From the NCBI GenBank assembly GCA_964057225.1, contig OZ059897.1, positions 12,338,001 to 12,402,000 on the forward strand: 64,000 nt of DNA, written 5' to 3'. Each line of letters starts with the position of its first letter. Position 1 is the stretch's first letter. This DNA comes from Auanema rhodensis. Its lineage: Eukaryota > Animalia > Nematoda. The notes beneath the pieces are model-generated. The model ran no database searches. It saw nothing but the letters and a program-made list of their open reading frames with translations, and was not told the DNA's origin. Position numbers and translations under genes: made by a program. Below, piece after piece: positions 13,799-26,169 of this stretch.

Positions 13799-15278
13799 AT
13801 GACTTCATTCATCGACAACAATGATTGTGACAGCTCTATTCATAGTGATTTTGAATTAGTTTCAAGTGATAGTCAGTTGTTTGAAGAAATTTGCCAAATT
13901 AGCACATGTATGTCATGTTTTTCTTTGTTTCAAGTTATTTATTATTTAATAGATGATACATTACATGGATATCCTTCTCAACCCTCACCATTTTGTCCAT
14001 CAATACTGGCCAAAAATCTTTGGAGTGAAAAGTCTGTGTAAGTTTGTTCCAAGTTGAATTTGTTAAAAATTTGTTGGTTTGTAGAGAGGAAGAAAGTACA
14101 GAACCAGTTATTGTAAACAGAGAAAGCTGTAAAACTATACCAAAGCAAAGTATGCCTCTTAACTTAATAGACTTTTTTAAAAAGTATTTTTCTTTAAGTT
14201 GAAGATATCCATTTGAAACAATTGGCTATTTTGAAACAAACTTTAGAAAAAACAGGAGAACAGGTTTTGGAGTTGCTTGAACAGAGAAAAAACGTTTGTT
14301 ATTTGAATCTCTTGATGATTTTGTTATTTTTAATTTGTATATTTTAGAATTTTCAAGCCATCAATGAGTTACAAGAAAAAGTTCTAAGGTTGGAAACAAA
14401 AAATTCAAATCTTAAAAAAGTTTGGTTTAATTTACTAATTCAATATTATCGTTATATTCAGGCATCTGAGCAGAAAGACAGAAGAAAGACTTCAAAACAT
14501 GAAGGTCCTTTAATAAAAGCATCGGAAAAAGATTTAAGTTCAAATGATTCATCAGTAGCGATTTCTAAACGAAGCAGTGTATCAAGTGAAGAAACGAAAC
14601 AATTGAATTTAGAAGCGATTGATGATGTATTAAGGTTATTTCTCAATTTGATTCAATATAGTCTATTTCAGACATATGAAGCTAAAAACTCTTTTTTCAA
14701 TTTTTTCTTATTTATTTTCTTTTTAATTTTAATTGCAGTAAATATTGGTTTACAACTTCATGTGAGTTATAAGTTCATATATATTGAAGTATATTTTTTG
14801 AGTTTAGGCTAATCAAATAGAAACACAAAATGAAAAATTAAGAGCAGATTTGAGTAGAATAACAAATAGAGTATCTAAATTTGAGGCTAATCAAAAAGAA
14901 GTAGGTTAATTATTATAATAAACAACAGAATATTATTTATATTAGGATCTTATTGTTTCGGATTCCCGACGGTCAGCATCTGTTCATAAAAATTTTGATC
15001 GTGATATCCACGAGTGTCAGACATTATCAGAACAAAATGAAAGAATATCATTAGAAAATATACAATTGCATAATCAAGTTAAGTAATTTTTATTTGAACT
15101 TTAATAATCTTCATGTTTCTAAGGTTACCGTACTAGCCACGTTCCTACTCGTGGCCATTCTTTCATATACAGCAAAATTTTTGATTTCATTCATATGCAA
15201 AACCTTGAAATCAATTCAAAATTTGTGATAACTTTTGAATTTATTAGAAGATTCTATACAAACAACGTATTTTCCTAA
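13799..15278 (+). CDS. Hypothetical membrane protein: N-terminal LIR-like motif, coiled coils and two hydrophobic segments (about 10 exons)
   Basis: Exons join in frame through short GT-AG introns: MTSFIDNNDCDSSIHSDFELVSSDSQLFEEICQIST...IEDIHLKQLAILKQTLEKTGEQVLELLEQRKN|NFQAINELQEKVLRLETKNSNLKK...NSFFNFFLFIFFLILIAVNIGLQLH|ANQIETQNEKLRADLSRITNRVSKFEANQKE...ENIQLHNQ|VTVLATFLLVAILSYTAKFFDF...NNVFS*. No family recognised. Confidence 0.75.
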
Positions 15279-15498
15279 CTTTGTTAAACAAAGGGAAAAG
15301 CTGTTAACTGTTTCAGAATTTTCTATATCAGTTATAAATAGTACTTACTATTTTATAATTTATTGTATTTATATTTTTATAATAAATGGAATAATATTTT
15401 TTTTCTTATTAATTCTTTATTTTTCTACAAGGTACAATTCATCTAATATGATATGTATAATTATGTATAAGCAAGATTACTACTTTCTTTTTATTATA

Positions 15499-16454
15499 TC
15501 AGTTCTTGCGTCTGTTTTGGAGTTCAGCTACAACTCCATCCCATAGGGTAATTCTGGCTTGAAGAGATTTGACAGCAGTCTCGATAGCTTCTTCCCATCT
15601 TGGATCACCGTCTGGTCCACATACCTAAAATCAAATATTAGTTTCCGTATTTTCATCAGTATATTACTTCTTCGATAAGTCTAAGAGACATAGGTCCGTG
15701 ATCTTCCCCATCAACTTCAATGTGTCTTTCCAAGTAGAGGATGAATGTATCAAGAGCTCCATCCATTCCCTTATTCATGTCACGGAGAATTCCAGTGAAC
15801 ATAAGAGGAATAAGATCTTCTCTTCCAAAGGTGAAAGCAGAAGCAACAATATGAAGTTTGTTTGTGCGAATGAATTCAAATGTGGCACGAACAAAGTGTT
15901 CAGCGGGCACTGGAGCGTTGGCAGCACGGAAAGCCTACAATTTAGATGACAGTGAGCTTAGTGAAAAAATCTCTTTCATACCTTGCTGATGGCACTGTCG
16001 GAGAAATCTTTGCTCTTGTTAATAGTATTCATAACTTCAAGGAAGCATTTAGTGTTGGATCCAGCTCCTTCCATAGATTCAAGATAGAGCTCCAAGTGAG
16101 AGATGTTACGTCCTCCTACAAAGTCAGATTCTTCTCCTTCAACGATTTCATTGATGAGGCGGCGAGAATCACGATGTCCCTGAGGTACCCATGGAAGGTC
16201 AATGCAAGTGAGCTCACGTTGAAGGTACTGTAAAAAAATTGTTTAAAAGCTCTTGATCATCAGTATAACACTGAAAGCCTTACCTTGAGAAGAGACATGA
16301 AGTCCCAAACAGCGAAGACGTGATTTTGCATGAAATAGCGAAGATCGTCGAGACTTTGGATGGCTTCATAGAGAGCATGCTTGTCAAGTTTCTCTTGGAG
16401 TGGAGCAAGCTTGGCTTGAAGGCGTTCAATTGGCTTGATTTGTTGACCAACCAT
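15499..16454 (-). CDS. DUF3050-family heme-oxygenase-like (candidate di-iron) protein, 269 aa, bacterial-type; exons 16284-16454, 15982-16227, 15668-15934, 15499-15624
   Basis: Three phase-0 GT-AG introns (56, 47, 43 nt). The product carries the DUF3050 signatures [81 protein letters not shown] and ARITLWDG. Confidence 0.92.
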
Positions 16455-16513
16455 TTTGAATAAGTTGAATGAGTAAAGTTAGTGAAGGATTGAAGGTGTT
16501 GTAATTGTCTTAC

Positions 16514-16553
16514 GACTGAATATGTTGGTTAGCCTTCTGAATCTTCTTATATA
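16514..16553 (-). promoter_or_regulatory. Putative TATA box (TATATAAG, 16553-16546) and Inr-like TCAGT (~16517) of the DUF3050 gene
   Basis: Both motifs lie on the gene strand 60-100 nt upstream of the ATG, and there is no TTTCAG trans-splice acceptor between them and the ATG. Confidence 0.5.
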
Positions 16554-16684
16554 GCCATCTTACCTTCATGAAGGTTGAGCCCGTTTCTCCTTTTTGGGCG
16601 GTTCGTTAATATTTTTAATCACGCGTTTCCGGTAGGTAGGAGAATTCTGGGAAGTTCATTAGATACAGTAACGTTTTATCGTAT

Positions 16685-16690
16685 TCTCTC

Positions 16691-16734
<44 letters not shown>
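16685..16734. repeat. (CT)n microsatellite upstream of the DUF3050 gene
   Basis: CT dinucleotide run. Confidence 0.9.
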
Positions 16735-16736
<2 letters not shown>

Positions 16737-18473
16737 TGATGCTCTCAATTCACTCATGATATCTAAGTCTTTTGAAGTTTCAGAGTTTAATATTATTTGA
16801 AGGAAATGACAATTTCAGTGTATAGATAAGATAGCTTAACTATAGGTTTTTTTGTCCGAAAAAAGAAAAAAGAACAGGAAAAATATGAAGAGATTGTTCT
16901 AACATCATCTAAAACCAGCTAATTATTCCAAAAATAGAATCATATCAAATATAATTGTCACCTTTATCATTATGTTATTGTTTTGAATATCTCTTCCCAA
17001 TATAGTGTATCTTACTAAGACCTACATTGATAGAAACATTATCAGAAAAAAAGAATCATGTTCAACTTCCGGTAGTTAACGTCATCAGTTCATCGTTTAA
17101 AGTTCAACGATAATTAGCGCAATGTGATGCTATATTTAGTAGTTCCGATCGAAAAAAGAACAATCTATATCTTACATCTTATATATTTGGATGTTTTCAG
17201 TCTTTTTTTATGTAAATTGACATGATAAATAGAACAATTCAATTTGTTTTTTTTTTAAATTATAAAACAAATAATCATAAAATAAAAATCTAAATATATA
17301 ATATATAATATATAAAATAATTATTTTGTTGTTTATAATACTTTATTTATATTCTTTGTTCAATGATGACGACTATGATGATGATGAACTTTCTTGAAAA
17401 TATCGGAATATAATTAGTTTTATGGAGAAAAAAAAAGAAAGAAAAAACAATAGATTAAACATTGAAATATAATATTATATTCAATTCCTCTTAATATTCT
17501 TTTCCTATTATTGTTTTAATTTCAGTCCTATTTTCTTTGTTTTAATACCCTTTTATATTATTAACTGAAAAATAGTATAAGATTACAAATTATTTGAAAA
17601 TATTGAATACAGTATAATATTATTAAAAATAATTTTAAACCATATTACTTTTCAAGTTCATACTTGTTTTCAACAATATTTCATATATATATATATATAT
17701 GTAATATTTATTATAGAAAGTACTTTATACAAATTAATATTTTAACTGAAATTTATTTGAAAATTTAAAAAAAGCAATTATCTCTGATCAAAATAGAAAA
17801 GACAATAGTGTAATGATTGATCTATAATTCTTGTCTTGTCTTCTTTCTATTAATCATTCTCTTTTTTTTCCTTGTCGATCAAGTTTTAATATTTCATATA
17901 TGCACTTATCGATGAACTTTCATTAACTAATATTGATATTATAACATAGATATATAGATATATAGATATATATTTACAAACTTTATATTTTATACTAAAA
18001 TATACTTAATATACTTATATTATATGAATGCATCTACTTAGTATATGTATTTGTTTATACTCATCGTCACGTACAACCTCATGTTTCTTCTATCAGATTA
18101 AAAATAAATTTTATAAAGGTTTCTTGCTTTATGTCTAATTCAATTAGCTATATACCAGCATAGTAAACCGTCAAGCTTGCTTATGCATCGCCTTATCCAT
18201 GTTCCACTTCCGTTGATATGCGAACGTTCGGTGCACTAAGTACACACATCGAAGTGATTGATCGTTCAAAAAGACTAATGTGCAAAATTAGTTTAAAGTT
18301 TCCAGTTTTAGTAGCATATCATCCTAATTATTGTTCTTTCGTTTCTTTTTTTTGGAAGATTATTCATTTGTTTCTATTGTTTAAATAAATATTAAATTAT
18401 TTTTATTATATTGAGAACAAATCATATTTATATGTTTTCAAGTGAGCAATAATATGATGACAGAAGACAAACG

Positions 18474-21400
18474 TTATTCGTCTTGATTAACCAAGACTGG
18501 AGTAGATGGGAATCTGAAAAATTATAATCTATACTCAGAACATTCATTACAATACCGTACTTATGTCTGATTCCACCCATAGCAACTGATAGTACGATCT
18601 TATCTAATCCAGTTCCAACACTTCTTACACGAGCTTCGCCTTTTCGAGTCGTCTGCAAAATATATAATAACTAATATTTTAACTCAAATAATAGGGAAAT
18701 GTGATTACAACATCTAGAATAAAAAATAGATAATTTCGTGCTATTTACAGAAAGAGAAGAAAGACAATAAAAACATTTTGAAAAAACATGTGTATATTAA
18801 AACTTCATAATCAGGGTTACAATATATTGCTCACCAATAACTTTCGTTCTTGCTGTTCTTCTGTCTAAAGATATTAGAAATATCATAACTTTATGATTAG
18901 AATATACTATTATTCTTTTCAATTATTATATATATTTTCTTTAAAAATTGTTTTGTTATAATGTTGTTGCTTACCTCGTATATCATGAAGCCATTTCCGG
19001 TATCACAATATCGAATTGTGGTCATTGGCCTTAGTCGCTTAGCCTTAGTGGGTGTTGAAGACTAAGAAACGATCCAATTAAATATTTATTGAACATTTTT
19101 TGAATTTGAAAATTTACCTTCGATCCTATCAATTTGAAACGAATATGCCTCAAAGATTCTAGCGTGTCCAACACTTCACATCTAATTCTCGAGTTACAAG
19201 CTATGTAGATTGGCAATCGAGTGCAGCTTTAAAGTAAAAATAGTATTTTTTATTATATATTAATATAAATTTTTATTATTTACCTCGCTAATACAGTAAA
19301 TAATGACACCAAATCTGATGATAAAGTATAAAAGGGACGTAGTTGTTCTGACATCAATGATGGCTTAAATTATAATTATATTCGTCATTTAGAATTATTA
19401 ATGAAAAAAATGAATAAATTATTCATTTGATTTATGAATTACCAACCTTGTCAATTAATTCCCATGTATATACAACTACATTTAATAAATTTGAAGCCAA
19501 ATATGTACAAGTTACAAATACGAGCATTAATGTTGCTGAACGTATGTTCTGCTGAAAAAAGTTTAATCATTATCTTCTATCACTTACAGTAATAGACACA
19601 TGCATATGTTCATCAGAACAACTATTTTTCGATTAATCTTTCAAGGTCATTTGATCATTTTACAAGTAAATTTGATTATTTTCGTTTTTTTAAACTTTTT
19701 TTCAATAAATCCTTTGATAGTCAATGAACATAACATGTCTATTTGCATTATTGAGAATAAATTTTCCACAAAAAATAATTTTTATCTTCAATCTTGAAAA
19801 ATGGAAAAAGCAAAAAAGGTGAAATACAGAACAACATGTTAAGATTTCAAATTTCCATTGCCGCTAAACACAGAGAAAGCAAATGTACTTACCCGATGTT
19901 CTGATGTAGCAAAACGGAATAATTTTGCTCCGTGATGTTGCTCACGTAGACGGCGAATGATTTCAAAATTTAAGTAAAAACACAAAGCAAATGGAATAAA
20001 TATTGTGAATATATTCCGGAACCAATACTGTAAATAGATTTCTTTTAATGAGAGAATAAAATAATATTATTGTTTACCTTATAGAATGTTTTATATGGTT
20101 CCATCTCACTAAATTCTCCTACAGTTGCTGTCCATGTTGTAACTCCTGTACAATTTCCATTTTCAATAACCTTTAGAAAGAAAAAGAAATTTTATTGTTT
20201 AAACAGTTTTAAATTATTTTTTACCTGTACTTCAAAATACATTGGTAGTTTAGCAACTGCCGCAAATAATACAGCAGCAACAGATATGAAACATCGATGT
20301 CGTCGAGCAAACTGATGTCGGATTTTTGCTATTGTTACATACCTGCATAACAACAATTTTCTATTATACTTACTTAAAAAAACGAAAAATAAAAGTTTTA
20401 ACAAAAACTTTTTTTCATGTTTTCCTAATGAAGTGAAGTTTTTTAAGAGTTTCGTTATACATAGAACGATAATGAGAAGACTTTGAACAATTCATAATTT
20501 CCTTGAAAAATAACTCAAAGGGCAAATAGCCATAAATGAGTTCGTAGATCATTTCAAACTGTACTTTAAAATTTAAGAAACATAGTGATGTTTCATGTAT
20601 GTATGTTGTTAATAATTTAAGCTTCCAAAAAAAAATGAGGAGGCATAAGTTCAGCTTGGAAAACAAAACTTCCTCATTTCTTTTGTTAAATTTGGACACT
20701 TGTATGGATTTTTAATAATTCTTTTGATATTTGCTTTATACATTAATAATTCTTTCTGTTGTATATACCTTTCAAAAGCAGCTGCTACAATCAAAAATGC
20801 AGATGTACTGATAAATACATGAGATATCGTAATGGTTGTTCTCATGTATGTCCACCAATTATCAGCAAGAAATTCCGATTCAAAATAATCCATATATAGA
20901 TTAATAGGAAATAAAAGAATATATGATGCTGAAATATCAAGAATCAAGAATTTATGGTTAAATTGATGTAAAAGTAACAAGAGTTTCCTGATTAATTAGA
21001 GACAAACCTGACAAAAAGACATCGGCTATTGAAAGAAAAATTAAGTAGAGAACATGAGATGAACGATGACGCTTGTTCCGAAAAAGAACATAAAATAGAA
21101 AAGAGTTGAAGCAAACTGATGTAAATGCTATCACAGCTCCAATAACGCCGACTAAGATCAATCTGAAAGATATGCTCCATCGTATCGAGTTTGTTTGTTA
21201 TGAAAGTAGAATTGCCACTTCAAGAGAAAAAATAATGAAAAAAAAAATTTTTTTCCTTCAAACGAATTCCTCATTTTCATTCTTGTGGAACGTCAAGATT
21301 CGTTAAGGCTACTTGAAGGTTGAACACAAGTTCAAAAATAATTTGCGGGTCAAGTTTAATCTTTCATCTTCTATACATCGAAGAAATTTAGTAAAAAGAG

Positions 21401-21560
21401 CAAAAGAGCAAAAGAAAAATCGGTAATAGTGAGAATTTCATAAAATATTAAAGAAACTTTAAAGAAAGACTTACCGACTAAGTTCCGGATGTATTATAGA
21501 ACAATTGGCATCCCACCAGTCATATTCTTCATCTTCCATAACGGTCTGAGCCTCATCCAT
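18474..21560 (-). CDS. Class A (rhodopsin-like) GPCR, nematode FMRFamide/neuropeptide-receptor-like
   Basis: MDEAQTVMEDEEYDWWDANCSIIHPELSR|LILVGVIGAVIAFTSVCFNSFLFYVL...LSIADVFLS...AAAFERY|VTIAK...KLPMYFEV...WFRNIFTIFIPFALCFYLN...SATLMLVFVTCTYLASNLLN...TRLPIYIACNSRIR...STPVLVNQDE*. Seven hydrophobic segments with TM2 LxxxD and an ERY motif. Confidence 0.88.
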
Positions 21561-23261
21561 CCTTCAAACAAAAGTTGAATGAAAAGTAAAGTGAAGTAAA
21601 GATATTAGAGATAATATATAATAAGCGTTTGCTTTATTATAAAGAACTAAAACTGATATGAAAAACATTCATATAATAATAAAAGGAAATCTGAATTTGA
21701 TTACAATGTATTATATTTCACAAAACATCTGAATAACAGAAGTTCCCAATAAGAAGAGGAACAAGGTTTCTTTTTCATCTTCGTTATTTGGTAGAGAGCA
21801 TTCTGAATGTACTATTCACAAAAAAAACATTTAAATAGTTTTTTTTTTCTTGAAAAATGCAGAATATCTCGTAAATTTATTCTGACATTCTGACAGATTT
21901 TCTGTAGAGTTCAAGTAATTTTATTTTTGCCACAAACTAAGATCCAACATACGTTATCTCGGAACATTTAGCAACAGGAATTGTTGTGAATATTTACAAC
22001 TTTGAACGTTAAGGAAAGCTCAAACTACATAATATGCTAGCAAGATTATAATTTATGTTTTTTTTAACTGTGAAGACAAAGAAAAAGAATAAACAAAAAT
22101 AATTTTTTTATGAACAGAGCTCGATTTCATTGGAGGAAAAAAAGGATCAAATATTGCTCAAGATATGGTAACGGGGAGGAACTAGCAGTGACGCTGCTTT
22201 TCTGAATTTGCACTTGCTTTATAAGGAAGGCGGGACTCTAAACACATTTAAGCCGTTGACCAAATGAGAACATTAAATAAAGTCTTATAATTTTGTAATA
22301 TTAATGAAAAAACGTAAAAAACACATATTTTTGTGTTTAGATTGAAAATAACCGTAACATTATTGAATTTCAAATGAATTTGCCTAATGAATAACATAAA
22401 ATCTCAATCTAAATAATCTTAATGTATGAACATTAATGAGCATTTGCAGTCATTGAAATTGTTTGCAAGGTTAATACAAATATAAAACTATTATTTAAAA
22501 AATATTTAGCAATGATGAAGTATCGATGTGGATTTAAATGATGGCTTTAAGAACTGAAATGTGAAGAAAATCAAATACGAGTTGCAGAAAACTCTCATTC
22601 ACTCTATAAAAGACTGAAGTTGTTTTGATTGAAAGAGGATTTTCTTTGTTTCAAAAAAAGATGAGAAAATTATTAATAAAAATCTGAAAGAAAAAGACGA
22701 GATTTCATGATATAACTCTGCTAGTCTTACTAACGATCACGAAATTTCAAATTAATTACGTAAGATGGAAAAAGATATTTAAAATTCAACTATGATCATG
22801 ATGAATTTTGCCCCCACGAGGTTGCAAGTGTTTAATCATTTTCCAGTAAATAAAGAAAAGAGAATTCGAAAAACTAAGTGTTTTAAATATTTTTTGCTTT
22901 GTGAGCTTATTCCGATTATCTCTGGAGATTGAATAAAGCATTGGATAATGTGGATGTATCTCAACATGATCTCAGTTAATTTATTGTTTTTTTTTTTTCA
23001 AAATATTTTTTATACAAATTATTACAAAATATAGAAAGGATTATATTTTTAATATTTGAAAAAAAATATAGAATATAATAAAATAAACAAAATTACTTTT
23101 TTTTTATGTAAACTGGTTCTATGACTACACAAGGGGAGACATTTCAAAATATAAAAATATAGATTTCTTGTTACTGGAAATAAAAAAAATCTGAAGCAAA
23201 GACTCGAAACAAGCGAGGTAGAAATGAAATTTCAAAGAAGGGCAAGACTTGATGAATGTCA

Positions 23262-23319
23262 GAGAGAAGAGAGAAAGAGAGAGAAAGAGGGAGAAAGAGG
23301 GAGGGAGAGAGAGAAAGAG

Positions 23320-23356
<37 letters not shown>

Positions 23357-23367
23357 AGAGAGAGGGG
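23262..23367. repeat. (GA)n-rich low-complexity tract
   Basis: GA/AG repeats. These generate several spurious ORFs in the track. Confidence 0.9.
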
Positions 23368-24172
23368 GAGGTGGTGGCAAGAGAGAAAGAAAATATTCTT
23401 ATGAATTGACATACGTCTTGCTTATTGTTGTGTTTTGAGGGTCATGTATCAATATGATTAGCAATGCACTCAAAACGTCAATCTTCGTTAAAACTTTACC
23501 AGCATCAATTGAATTACAAATCTTGAACATGAAAGGAAATGATGTGTGCTATAATCTTATATTTTTTAGAAAATACAGATTTCGCCTTAGGTGTGGTAAC
23601 TGAAGAGCACTTCCACAACTTGGGCTAACTTAGCTAGGCGTAAAACAAACTTTTTATGTCCAACTTTTGCTTTGTCTGATGCTCTGACTATGCCCATGAA
23701 CGGAGAGATTTATCTGGAGCTTCTATTCGACTTGCCACACACTAACTATCCTTATTCACGCTCGAATCAACTGCTTGTGTTAGTGAGTGATGTAATCTCT
23801 CTAGCATCGTATTCCTACATAGTTTCACATCAATATACTTTTCCATAACTTTTCTCATTAGTTATCTATAGTATGTTGGACTATAACATCGTTATTTCAA
23901 ATATATCTCTATATGATCCCGATTTTCATCATCATTTCGGTTTGAATCTCAATATTCACAGCATGAGTTCAAAAGAGAGCAATCAAAGCTGGGATCCAAG
24001 TTCAATACCATAATATAATTCACACGCTGTGCTTGTTAAGTCAGGAAATATCCCCCCGGATCCCTAGAGATTCTTGACCTACGTATAGAAATCGTTCACA
24101 TTTTAGAACAAGAGACCAAACGTATATATTCTTTATTATCTTGTTAAATACAACAAGAAAATAAAAAAAGAA

Positions 24173-26169
24173 TTACAACTCAGTATGAATAGGTTCTTCC
24201 TTATCAGGATCATTACATGCCATTGGTGTTCTGAATTTGAACAGATATTCGCATTTGGCTGGCTCACTAGCTTCGTAAAGCTCATTTTCTTCTCCACATT
24301 CGATTTCAACCTGAGGAATAAATCATTATCGACTGTCAAAAAATCAGAAACACCTGTGTTGAGCGTTTAGGTCCATTCCAGCATTGAACACCATCCTCGT
24401 ATTTCTGAGCACTGTACTTTCTTGGTACCTTTCCACTCCAATCTTTCCAGTATCTGAAAACAAATAAATGTTATTAGTACTAAAAAAATAAAATTACCCA
24501 AGATTTGTTTCTCCGTGACCATTTTTGTCCTTTTGAACAGTTTTGTCAAATGGACAAACTTTATATATATATTGAAGATCATTAAGCTCGAAACAATGTC
24601 CCTTCAAGGATACCCAAGCTAAATCCTCTCCATAATCAAGATTTAAGAAAGATTCTGCCTCTCTGGAAGATTTAAAAGGTACAATCCAATTAGTTTAATT
24701 AAGTGTACCTTATTTGACTGTCAATAGTGCTAATTTTAATCTCTAGATCAGTGAGGGCTCTGCGAGCAGCATCAGCAGCTAAATAATTTTAAATATTTTT
24801 TAGGAATTGAAACACAATAACTTACCTTCAATAGCTAATCTGGTTTCTTCGTTATGTGGAGGCATGGCATCATCTGATTCATCTTCATCATCATGATGAC
24901 CATCATCGGCCTTATCTTCATCTATAACAATATCAATAAACATTGAAGTAAAATATCTGAAAACCTGCAACCATATCATCAACTGCTCTATCTCGTTTAT
25001 CAGCTTCATAATTTCTCTTGGACTGTTTCAGAATATCGTATACACTACTTGTGAATACATTAAAATCAATTGAATCAACCTCACTAATTTGATGCTAAAA
25101 TTCGAAAGTATCAATATCATTCTACAGAACAGATATTACCTTCACTTCTTCTTCAGTTACCTTGCCATCAAAATCGCTATCAAGGTATGGTAAAGCTTGC
25201 AATTCAGGCATAGAGATTCTAAAAAATACATATAGAGAGAATAATGCTGATTATTGGTATACTTGTTATCGTTATCAACATCGATCTCTTTGAATAAACC
25301 AACTGAAACCAATTTTTTCTTTTCTAATTTTTCAGCTGAAAAAATAAATGAAAAACAGAAAAAATAAGCAAATTACCAAGCCATTGATCACGGTGAGCAT
25401 CAACGAGAACTTTCTCTCTGTCTTCTGCCTCCTTTTTCTCAAGTTCCAGCTGTTGCTTTTGAGGCTCATAAGCATCCTTTTCAGCACGAAGAGGAATGAT
25501 ACTTTCTTCTTTTTGTTTCTAAATATAATAATTAGAATTAAATTTATGAACAGAAAAAACCTTCATTTCTTGCGCAGCAGTTGCTTTAGATTGACGAATT
25601 TGATAGCCGCTTCTGGCTATCTTAGCCTTTCTCTCTTTCTCTTCGCGGGCGCTTTTGCCAAGTTCGTCGCAAATATTTTGGCATGATTGACTCAAATATT
25701 CATCACTTCCATCACAGCAATCTTAATTTATCAAATAACTATAAGTGAACAAATAACTTCATAAAACAGCATACCACAAATTCCATCATTGACTCGAGAA
25801 CTTGGAATATAATAAGAAGTATGACCAACATTGGTACAGAAAAATACTGCTTGAGGGCAAGCAGAGGTGCCTGAGTGAATAAAAACTTTATAATTTTATA
25901 ATTTTCAATTCTCACCTGGTTCGTCACTTCCATCTGGACAGTCACAGTAATCGTCATTAATCTGGCTACCAGGAATCACAATAGATCCATCCAAACATTG
26001 GAATTCTTTCTTATCAGTGTAGAGAGGAATACCTTCAAATTATGAAAAAAATAATTTACGAATATCTAATTGTCTACAAACGTTTATAGTCTACTCCTTG
26101 AGTCGGACTAACTCTCTTGGCGTAAGCTAATGAGCATACTATTGTTGAAAGAACCGCAATAAAGCGCAT
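24173..26169 (-). CDS. PRKCSH: Glucosidase II beta subunit (PRKCSH family)
   Basis: Signal peptide, then [45 protein letters not shown]-hand-like [16 protein letters not shown] segments, an acidic stretch, the MRH domain ([12 protein letters not shown]...CWNGPKRST...EPAKCEY) and a C-terminal ER-retention signal HTEL*. Confidence 0.95.

Noticed and set aside
15698-16233. Plus-strand ORFs 15698-15949 and 15946-16233
   Set aside because: Antisense shadows of the codon-biased DUF3050 exons, with no recognisable motifs.
15499-16454. Bacterial contamination or chimeric assembly as the source of the DUF3050 gene
   Set aside because: The ORF is interrupted by three AT-rich GT-AG introns like its neighbours', uses host-style codons and has no bacterial operon context.
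16640-16657. Heat-shock element upstream of DUF3050
   Set aside because: The GAA/TTC units are not in nGAAnnTTCn spacing.
18180-18245. sbRNA/Y-RNA-like stem (CTTATGCATCG...CGGTGCACTAAG with TTATC)
   Set aside because: It lacks the GGTCCG/TTGACC Ro-type stem and a following T-run terminator, and is more simply GPCR 3' flank.
23125-23412. Overlapping ORFs rich in LS/RE repeats (also 5403-5609, 9718-9915, 51191-51394, 54227-54535)
   Set aside because: These are translations of (CT/GA)n microsatellites.
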